Below are positions 19,858 through 27,175 of a stretch of DNA of 54,504 nt, piece after piece (within the stretch, counting starts at the first letter, position 1; every line of letters begins with the position of its first letter). The notes under the pieces were generated by a model that ran no database searches, had not been told where the DNA came from, and saw only the letters and a program-made list of their open reading frames with translations. Source of the stretch: an uncultured bacterium (GTDB taxonomy: Bacteria; Pseudomonadota; Gammaproteobacteria; Ga0077536); the NCBI GenBank assembly GCA_964012875.1, contig CAXGUU010000001.1:1-54504 (forward strand). The letters are read 5' to 3'. Made by a program: the position numbers and the translations under genes.

Positions 19858-20529
19858 TCAGTCAACACCTGGATGGCGCTGGCCCCAACGGTCGTGGAAG
19901 GTCAGTTCGCGTGAGGGTTTTCGGGTTACCGGACCGAAGTTTCCTTTGGGATAACCGATGGGGATGACCGCGACAACGCCCTGGTTCGCCGGCAGTTCAA
20001 GCCGCTCAGCTAGTTCATTTTCGAAGACTTGCTGCATCGTGGTAAGGCTGGCGCCAAGTCCCCTGGCGCGGCAGGCCAGCAGCACGTTCTGGATGGCCGG
20101 ATACACCGAGCCGTAGCTCGGCGGCGCCACGCCGATGCGTTCGTCTTCAGGGACGGCAAAGGGCCAGTCGCGTTCGCCGACCACAATTAACAGGACGGGC
20201 ACATCCTTCATGGTTTTGCCGAAAGCCATGGCCGTGCGCACATTGCGGGCAAAGGCGGAATTATCATCGTCGGCAGGTTGCATAGCACTGAAGCGCGTTT
20301 GCATGGCGTGGTCATAATGCTCACCAAAAAAGGCCTTGATATCCGGATCACGCACGACAATGAAGTGATAGGGTTGTGAATTCAGCGAATTCGGTGCGCA
20401 CGACGCCGCATCGAGAATTTCTTCGATCAGCGCCTGTGGTACCGGGTCCGGCTTCAACCGCCGCATCGGGCGGCAATTTTGCATGATGTGGAAAACATCC
20501 TGATTATCGAGACTGTTGTGGTTGGTCAT
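19858..20529 (-). CDS. Nitroreductase family protein
   Basis: 223 aa. RRLKPDPVP...AASCAPNSLNSQPYHFIVV is typical of the family. Confidence 0.8.
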   Translation of the reverse strand: MTNHNSLDNQDVFHIMQNCRPMRRLKPDPVPQALIEEILDAASCAPNSLNSQPYHFIVVRDPDIKAFFGEHYDHAMQTRFSAMQPADDDNSAFARNVRTAMAFGKTMKDVPVLLIVVGERDWPFAVPEDERIGVAPPSYGSVYPAIQNVLLACRARGLGASLTTMQQVFENELAERLELPANQGVVAVIPIGYPKGNFGPVTRKPSRELTFHDRWGQRHPGVD

Positions 20530-20636
20530 GCCTGGTTCGTCAGCTTGGGAAAATACATGGGCATATTATTCGGTGTGCGTTTCGCAGGCGACCTTGCCAC
20601 GCCTGCTCAAGGCCGAACTACCCTGAGGTGCTGCTC

Positions 20637-21239
20637 ATGCTGAAATTTTTCATGAAGACTTTCGTCAAAGGCCTGCTGGCTTTCCTGCCAGTATTTCTCA
20701 CTATCTATGCCATCTACTATCTGGGCGGGTGGCTGAATCGCATCAGCAATGTGGCGGCACAGTGGCTGGTGCCGGGGGCCCCTGAATTTCCGGGGCTGGG
20801 GATCGCCATCGTGGTCGCCGCGATTTTTGTCCTCGGTGTATTGGTGTCGACCAGGGTGACACGTTGGGCCTACGAACTCGTTGAGACGCCGCTGACCCAT
20901 CTGCCCGTCGTCAAAGATCTCTACAGCGCGTTTAAACAATTGACCATCCTGATCACCCCTTCCGACGAGCGTGTTGTTGGCCAGGTGGTCGCCGTGACCC
21001 ACCCGGAACAACCAGTATCCGTGGTCGGCATCCTGATGCGGGGCGACACTGAAGACCTTGATGACAACATCGCCGCGTCTGACGCCGTCGCCGTCTATTT
21101 TCCGATGAGCTACCAGGTTGGTGGCTACACGCTCTTCATACCCCGAAGCTGGATCCGTCCCGTCGATTTGTCGGTCGAGTCCGCCATGCGACAGGCGCTG
21201 ACCGGCTGGATTCATGAAGGTACTGGTCAAAACCCCTGA
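20637..21239 (+). CDS. DUF502-family membrane protein
   Basis: Two N-terminal TM helices (FVKGLLAFLPVFLTIYAIYYL...) and a ...PGLGIAIV... pattern. Start trimmed to ATG 20637. Confidence 0.65.
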   Translation: MLKFFMKTFVKGLLAFLPVFLTIYAIYYLGGWLNRISNVAAQWLVPGAPEFPGLGIAIVVAAIFVLGVLVSTRVTRWAYELVETPLTHLPVVKDLYSAFKQLTILITPSDERVVGQVVAVTHPEQPVSVVGILMRGDTEDLDDNIAASDAVAVYFPMSYQVGGYTLFIPRSWIRPVDLSVESAMRQALTGWIHEGTGQNP

Positions 21240-21284
21240 TCGGAATAAAATGCGCCGCGCGAAATCCAAGAGCAGTCATTTCTG

Positions 21285-21974
21285 ATGAACAAAAGCGTCG
21301 CGACCAATCTGATCGCGCTGGCGGTCATTCTCGCCGGCACGGCTGCACCACACTACGGTGATATCGTCTTCATGACGGGGCTGTTCGCATTGTCGGGCGG
21401 CGTAACCAACTGGCTCGCCGTGCACATGCTGTTCGAGAAGATCCCTTTCCTGTACGGCTCCGGCGTCATTCCGCACCGATTCGAAGAATTCAAGGCGGGC
21501 ATCAAAGCGCTGATCGTGCAGGAGTTCTTCACGCGCGAGCACATCGAACGATTCTTCAGCGAGAATGGCACCGCCTCGGTTGACAGCATCACGCAGAAGA
21601 TCGATTTCGACCACGTTTTTGCCCACATCACCGACGCAATTGCCGAATCATCGATGGGCAATATGTTGAACATGGTTGGCGGTGTTGCCGCCCTCGCGCC
21701 GCTGAAAGAGCCGGTGACGGAGAAACTCAAACACGTTATCGCGGAACTGGCAGCAAAACCGCTGGATGACGGGGCTGAAAGGGGTGACTTCACCGACGGG
21801 CTGATAGCCCAGATCGAAAGCATTATCGATAATCGTCTTGCCGAACTCACGCCGGAGATGGTCAAAAATATCGTTGAAGACATGATTCGCAAGCACCTGG
21901 GATGGCTGGTCGTCTGGGGCGGTGTTTTCGGCGGCCTGATTGGCCTGATTGTGAGCCTGGGGGAGTTCTATTGA
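21285..21974 (+). CDS. DUF445-family membrane protein
   Basis: GGVTNWLAVHMLFEKIPFLYGSGVIP and a C-terminal TM segment. Family recalled from memory. Confidence 0.55.
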   Translation: MNKSVATNLIALAVILAGTAAPHYGDIVFMTGLFALSGGVTNWLAVHMLFEKIPFLYGSGVIPHRFEEFKAGIKALIVQEFFTREHIERFFSENGTASVDSITQKIDFDHVFAHITDAIAESSMGNMLNMVGGVAALAPLKEPVTEKLKHVIAELAAKPLDDGAERGDFTDGLIAQIESIIDNRLAELTPEMVKNIVEDMIRKHLGWLVVWGGVFGGLIGLIVSLGEFY

Positions 21975-22300
21975 GGTGTACCTGGGGTACGCGTCGCGGC
22001 TACGGTAAACAATTTCGAGCGCGCTTTACGATTAAGTATTTCGATCGCCCCTGCAGATAACGACAATCGCCGGCCGGGCGGTGAGCCAGGCGCAATGGTC
22101 GGTTAATACGAGGCCAGCGCGGGCCAGGCCGGTTCGCAGGCTGTGACGCAGTCATCGCGAAATTGCGGCGAGAAAAACAGCATCGCCGGGGAAAAGGGCG
22201 GCAAGTGCGAGTCCTTCTGATAGGTGCTGGGCAAGGGCGCTTATTGGCGATACCGCCAGTAGCTGGCCGCGGCGGAGAACGCGCATTCTGCCCACCGGGT

Positions 22301-22543
22301 TTATTTCAGTTTTGATGCCCACACGGCGAGGCGATGCCTCATGGCCTGCTGAGAAATCTGCTCCTGAGGTATAGGCTGGATAATCTTATCGTGGACCAGC
22401 AAGCGGTAGATGTATTCGATTTTCAGACCGGCGGAATCCGTTGGCTCGAACTCTACGACCCCTCTTTCCTCGCCGTATTTCATTCCTTCGACGATCGCCT
22501 TTCGCACCAATTCCTTTTCGTTTTTGACCTTTTTCATGCGCAT
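22301..22543 (-). CDS. Hypothetical 80-aa K/E-rich protein (lower-GC ORF downstream of the amidohydrolase)
   Basis: It is the only ORF of at least 60 aa that lies wholly within this gap. GGGGA lies just upstream of ATG 22543. I recognise no family. Confidence 0.4.
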   Translation of the reverse strand: MRMKKVKNEKELVRKAIVEGMKYGEERGVVEFEPTDSAGLKIEYIYRLLVHDKIIQPIPQEQISQQAMRHRLAVWASKLK

Positions 22544-22597
22544 GAGTCCCCGCGATCGCAGTCGGCGATGCCCGGTTGGTTTCGGTACGGCAATACG

Positions 22598-23614
22598 TCA
22601 GTCCGGCGCTACGCCTTTCGGCACCTTGTAGACCGTCGCTGCGGTGTCATGAAACATCGCCACCTGTTCATCTTCTGAGTAGCTTTGGGCGAGTCGTTTG
22701 AAGGCATTCCAGAGCACGGCGTAACTGCAACTGACCTTGTCGACCGGAAAGTTGCTTTCGAACATGCAGCGTTCGGGCCCGAAGTTTTCAATAGCGAAGT
22801 GGTAGTAATGCCCATTCGTTTGCGCGAGGTCCTCGGAGCTGACGCCTACGGCGCGTTTATGTAGGTCAAAGCCGTTGATCGGCATGGCTAGTCCACCAAG
22901 TTTCGCGTAAACATTTCTGCACTTTGCCAGTTCTGCGACAGACTGTTTCCAGGCCGTGAATACTTCATCACGTTGGTCTTTAAACGGTCCAATGCCAAGT
23001 GGCCCGCCGAAGTGATCAAAGATGATTATCTGATCCGGAAAGGCCCGTGCTAGCGCGGTCAGATCGTCTATCTGCGGATGATAGAGCCAGGCGTCAAACG
23101 TGAGATTCCGCTTCTTCAATTCCCGCATACCTTCGTGAAACAAAGGCCGGCTTAGCAGGTCCTGAGTTGGCCTGGTGTGCGAATTGCGGATAGCGTCGCT
23201 GTCGGACCAGCCGCTGGCATGGCGAATCCCGACAAAACGTTTGCTTGCCGCGATATGGCCATCGAGCACTTCTCCGACCGCGCTTCCTAATGTCAGATCG
23301 GCGAAGCCAACGATTGACGCACACAGTTTTGCCTTGCCGTAGTTGCCGCTTGCACTCATGGCGGCCATGCCATTGACGAACTCCGTTTCGCCCACCGGCT
23401 TCATCGCTTCGGGGCCGTTTGCGCGATACATCGCCATGCACTCCATGAATACCGTACTGACCACGTTGTGTCCGCTTGATACGTCAGCCAGCAGTTCGTC
23501 AAGCAGGTACCTATGATGGGGGTAGTCCCATAAATGATGATGCGGATCGCAAATCGCCCGATCGGGATCGATGATAGGTTCCTCGGGCATCTGCGGTCGG
23601 GTGGTTTCGCTCAT
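22598..23614 (-). CDS. Amidohydrolase-2 (ACMSD-like TIM-barrel metal hydrolase/decarboxylase) family protein
   Basis: 338 aa, ICDPHHHLWD metal-binding start motif and ...FDHFGGP.... Confidence 0.8.
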   Translation of the reverse strand: MSETTRPQMPEEPIIDPDRAICDPHHHLWDYPHHRYLLDELLADVSSGHNVVSTVFMECMAMYRANGPEAMKPVGETEFVNGMAAMSASGNYGKAKLCASIVGFADLTLGSAVGEVLDGHIAASKRFVGIRHASGWSDSDAIRNSHTRPTQDLLSRPLFHEGMRELKKRNLTFDAWLYHPQIDDLTALARAFPDQIIIFDHFGGPLGIGPFKDQRDEVFTAWKQSVAELAKCRNVYAKLGGLAMPINGFDLHKRAVGVSSEDLAQTNGHYYHFAIENFGPERCMFESNFPVDKVSCSYAVLWNAFKRLAQSYSEDEQVAMFHDTAATVYKVPKGVAPD

Positions 23615-23650
23615 GTTGGCAGACTACCTGATGCGGCGGCTCGGTCGGAG

Positions 23651-23666
23651 ACAGTATATTAAATTC
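23651..23666 (-). promoter_or_regulatory. Conserved 16-nt element (reads GAATTTAATATACTGT on the - strand), 36 nt upstream of the amidohydrolase ATG
   Basis: One of four copies matching GAATTNAATATACTGT at 15 of 16 positions. Contains a -10-like TATACT. Confidence 0.6.
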
Positions 23667-23730
23667 TCTCGTGCCCGCGACGGGTCGCTGGTGAGGCCGT
23701 GTTAGGCACGAACTCGAAGTCGACCAACAC

Positions 23731-23746
23731 GAATTCAATATACTGT
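23731..23746 (+). promoter_or_regulatory. Conserved 16-nt element GAATTCAATATACTGT, 22 nt upstream of the SSS transporter ATG
   Basis: Inverted partner of 23651..23666. It is followed by CCCCGAA, as is the copy at 53720. Confidence 0.6.
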
Positions 23747-23768
23747 CCCCGAATGAGGGAGGAGTCTG

Positions 23769-25358
23769 ATGCCGGAAGTTGATGAGTCGTTGCGCCTGTG
23801 GGGCTGGTTTTTTCTGGCCCTGTACATCCTGGCGATGATGGGGTTTGGTTACCTCGGGATGCGACGCGTGACCTCGAGTGACGACTTTGCCACCGCGCGT
23901 GGCGGTTACGGACCGGTGTTTCTGGCCTTTGCCCTGACCGCCACGGCGGCGAGTGGCGGCACCTTCGTCGGCATACCGGCAATCGGATACACCAGCGGCA
24001 TCTCGGTCTTCTGGTATTCGACCTTTTACCCGCTGGGACTGTATTTCGGGCTTGTGCTGTGTCTGCGCGGTATCCGCCGTGCGGGCGCCGCGTTTGGCAC
24101 GCGGTCGATGCCGGAATACTTAGGCGAGCGTTTCGATTCCGACGCGCTGCGCATTCTTGCGGCTCTCTTTTCGCTCCTGCTCTTGTTCTACCTCGCCGGA
24201 CAGTTGCTCGCCGGTGCCGTGATGTTTAACAAGATGATGGGTGTCGATCTCTTCCCGGCGCTGGTGACAACGGCGGTCATCATCATGGTTTACATCGTCA
24301 TCGGCGGCGCCCACGCGGATATTCTGACTGACGGTGTGCAGGGCGCACTGATGCTGGCACTCGCGATTGCCGTCGCCATCATGTTCTTTTCCGGGGTCGG
24401 TGTGGTCGGTGGTTTCGGCGGCATGATGGAAAACCTGCGTCAGCAGGATCCAGCCTTAACGTCGCTGTTTCATCCGACCACGCCGTTTCTCGATTCGAAG
24501 TGGGATGTATTCGCCTTGTTCCTGATGCATGCACCGCTTGGCCTTCTACCGCATGTTGGCAACAAGCTCTGGGCGCTGAAAAGCGATAGCGATCAAAACA
24601 AATTCATTGCGCTGTCGTTCGGCTTCGGCATGCTGCTCCCGCTCATCGCTACCGGTGGTATTCTCGCCCGTGCGCTGTTGGGTGATGCCCTTCTCATTGA
24701 AGGTGCGAGCCCGAATGACGCCATTCCCTCGTTGTTTATCGTCCTGTTACCGACCTGGCTCGCGGCACTGGTCGGTGCCGGTGTGCTTGCCGCGGTGATG
24801 TCCACTGCAGACGGATTGGTTGTCTCGACATCACAGATTTTTGCCAACGATATCTACCGGCTGTCGATTGTGCCGCGCCTCAAAAACAAGCCGAGCGAAG
24901 CGACGATTGATCGCGTGGCATTAATCACCAGTCGAGCGGGCTCGGTAATCGTCGTTTCCGGTTCTATCTGGCTCGCCTGGGTATCCCAGTCCATGAACGT
25001 GGCGTTGCTCATTGCGGCTGGTATCGGCGGCATGATCGCGGCGATTGCGGGGCCCATCTTTGCCGGTATTCTGTGGGAAGGCGCGACCAGAGTAGGCGCA
25101 CTCGCCGGGTTCGTGGTCGGCGGTTTTTCCTTTGTGCCTATTAAAGCGGGTTGGATCGATGCCGAATGGTTTATTGGCGGGCCGCTTGAGGCCGCTGGTT
25201 CCTGGCTCGCGGCGCAGGCGGCCAACCCGTTCGCCTGCGGCACGATATCGGCACTGTTGTCGTTGGCCACGGTGGTCCTGGTTTCGTGGTTTACCGAACG
25301 GCCGAGTGAGGCGCATTTAAACAAGGTCTTCGGTGAGGGCCGGGCGCCTGCTACATAG
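23769..25358 (+). CDS. Sodium:solute symporter (SSS) family transporter
   Basis: 529 aa with about 13 hydrophobic segments. GGAGG SD upstream. DFATARGGYG... is typical of the SSS N-terminus. Confidence 0.9.
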   Translation: MPEVDESLRLWGWFFLALYILAMMGFGYLGMRRVTSSDDFATARGGYGPVFLAFALTATAASGGTFVGIPAIGYTSGISVFWYSTFYPLGLYFGLVLCLRGIRRAGAAFGTRSMPEYLGERFDSDALRILAALFSLLLLFYLAGQLLAGAVMFNKMMGVDLFPALVTTAVIIMVYIVIGGAHADILTDGVQGALMLALAIAVAIMFFSGVGVVGGFGGMMENLRQQDPALTSLFHPTTPFLDSKWDVFALFLMHAPLGLLPHVGNKLWALKSDSDQNKFIALSFGFGMLLPLIATGGILARALLGDALLIEGASPNDAIPSLFIVLLPTWLAALVGAGVLAAVMSTADGLVVSTSQIFANDIYRLSIVPRLKNKPSEATIDRVALITSRAGSVIVVSGSIWLAWVSQSMNVALLIAAGIGGMIAAIAGPIFAGILWEGATRVGALAGFVVGGFSFVPIKAGWIDAEWFIGGPLEAAGSWLAAQAANPFACGTISALLSLATVVLVSWFTERPSEAHLNKVFGEGRAPAT

Positions 25359-25427
25359 CCCACAGACTGGCCACGGATTGTCTCGAAGCGCTACAGTAGG
25401 TGGTACTTGGATCGAGACGGTTCAGCC

Positions 25428-26069
25428 ATGACGCAAATCGAAGTATTCAGCCCGATCGCGCAAAGCCGTGTGTTATCGCGCGAACTCGCATCCCGCAGTG
25501 GCGATCTCGCATCCAAACGCGTCGCCTTGCTCGACAACCTCAAGGCCAATGCCGGCGCCCTGCTCGAAGGGGTCGCCGCCAAAATGCAGACGGCCAATCC
25601 CGGCGTCGAAGTGTGCCGCTTTGAGAAGGAAGCAACAGCGGCCGCATCGGATGTTGTGATGGCGCATTTGAAAACTTTCGATGCCGTTGTTCTTGCCATC
25701 GCGGACTGAGGCTCCTGTACGTCGTGGAGTGTCCATGACTCGATTGAACTGGAGCAACTGGGTGTGCCGACGGCACTCCTGTGCACCGACGAGTTCGGAC
25801 CGTTGGCCCGGGCAGAGTCGGAAGTGCTAGGCATGCCGGGTCTGCCCTTAATCGCAATACCGCATCCGCTCGCTGGTAATGAGCATGGTCTTGTCACGGC
25901 TAAGGCCGCGGCGATTGCAGGCGAAGTACGTGATGCGCTCAGCGCTCCGGTTGACGAGGTCACCACACGCTACCGGGGGAGATTCACGACCTTGACCGAG
26001 CGCCGTCTGAGCGACGGTGCGGTCTGCGTTGACGAAGTGTGCGCGCTAGACCCGGCGATGGCGCGCTGA
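25428..26069 (+). CDS. Candidate selenoprotein with U-G-S-C motif (in-frame TGA 25707-25709 read as Sec)
   Basis: Track ORFs 25407..25709 and 25764..26069 share a frame and the 54 nt between them are open. Read-through gives 213 aa, ...FDAVVLAIAD-U-GSCTSWSVHD.... The second ORF has only a GTG and no SD. Confidence 0.65.
25703..25734 (+). other. Candidate SECIS-like hairpin enclosing the UGA
   Basis: GGAC[UGAG]GCUCC-(10-nt loop UGUACGUCGU)-GGAGU GUCC. A 4-bp outer stem and a 5-bp inner stem (one G.U pair), with UGA in the bulge. Folded by hand only. Confidence 0.3.
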
Positions 26070-26083
26070 GCGTTGCCTGGACG

Positions 26084-27106
26084 ATGACGATGGCGCAAAC
26101 GATTCGTCTCGACGCCGACACGATTGACGATACTTTCGAAGCGGAAGGCTGGAGCGACGGCTTGCCGGTCGTGCCGCCGACGCCGGCGCGCGTGAACGCC
26201 ATGCTGGCTCAAAGTGGATGGGATGCAAGCCATGAATTCGGCACCATGCCGCCGCGTCACGGCGTCGTCACGCCACACATTCTTGCCGTCAACGCGGTCA
26301 TGGCCGGGTGCCGTCCCGAGTACTTTCCGGTTGTGGTTGCGGCAGTACGGGCGATACTTGACCCGCTGTTTAACCTGTTCGCGGTGCAGGCGACGACCCA
26401 TCCTTGCGGACCTTGCGTGATCGTCAACGGACCCATCGCTGGCGAACTCGGCATTAACGCCCGTTATGGTGCCTTCGGCCCCGGCACGCGGGCCAATGCG
26501 ACCATCGGCCGCGCTATTCGTTTGATCCTCATGAACGTCGGTGGCGCCAGGCCCGGGATACTCGACCGCTCGACCCAGGGGCAGCCAGCCAAGTACGCCT
26601 GTTGCGTCGCTGAGAACGAGGCCGAAAGCCCGTTTGAACCGCTGCACGTGAGTCGCGGTTTTGACGCCGACGAGTCAGTCGTCACCGTAACCGCCGCCGA
26701 AGGCCCGCACAATCTGAACGATCACGTCAGCGACAAGGCCGCCGGGATTCTTGCCACACTACGCGGCGCGATGAACGACATGGGGTCAAATAATGCCTAC
26801 CTGTATGGCAATCCGACCCTGGCGCTGGGCCCCGAGCATGCTGCCATTATCGCAGCTGGTGGCTACGATCGGCGCCGGCTGCAACAGTTCGTATTCGACG
26901 AAGTGCGTATCGAGCGCAAGCACTGGCTTGAAGGCGGTATGGCAAAAATGTTCAACGATGATTTCGCTGATGCCAGCGCCATTCCTATTATTCGGCGCCC
27001 CGAAGACTTACTGGTTATGGTCGTCGGTGGCTTCGGGCGGCACTCCTGCTGGCTGCCGACTTTCGGCGAGAGTACGCAAGCGGTATCGATGCGGGTGGAG
27101 CGTTAG
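26084..27106 (+). CDS. Conserved uncharacterised protein with DGLPVVPPT and HPCGPC (thioredoxin-like CxxC) motifs
   Basis: Track ORF 26039..27106 trimmed to ATG 26084, 14 nt after the upstream stop. Coding-like composition, 340 aa. I recognise no family. Confidence 0.75.
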   Translation: MTMAQTIRLDADTIDDTFEAEGWSDGLPVVPPTPARVNAMLAQSGWDASHEFGTMPPRHGVVTPHILAVNAVMAGCRPEYFPVVVAAVRAILDPLFNLFAVQATTHPCGPCVIVNGPIAGELGINARYGAFGPGTRANATIGRAIRLILMNVGGARPGILDRSTQGQPAKYACCVAENEAESPFEPLHVSRGFDADESVVTVTAAEGPHNLNDHVSDKAAGILATLRGAMNDMGSNNAYLYGNPTLALGPEHAAIIAAGGYDRRRLQQFVFDEVRIERKHWLEGGMAKMFNDDFADASAIPIIRRPEDLLVMVVGGFGRHSCWLPTFGESTQAVSMRVER

Positions 27107-27175
27107 AATCGCTGTCATGGAACAACGAGCAGGGCAGCAGAGCTGCCGCCATAACCTTTTCAAGAGGAGATGCAT

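Noticed and set aside
23651-23746. Interpreting the inverted 16-nt repeats as termini of a MITE or small transposable element
   Set aside because: The internal sequences at the two loci (64 and 46 bp) are unrelated. No target-site duplication flanks them. Each repeat sits at a fixed short distance from a start codon, which fits promoter or operator architecture better.
23738-23746. LexA/SOS-box reading of ATATACTGT
   Set aside because: The gammaproteobacterial SOS box is CTGT-N8-ACAG. Here CTGT is followed by CCCC, CTCC or GCGC, and the partner ACAG is 46-64 bp away, not 8 bp.
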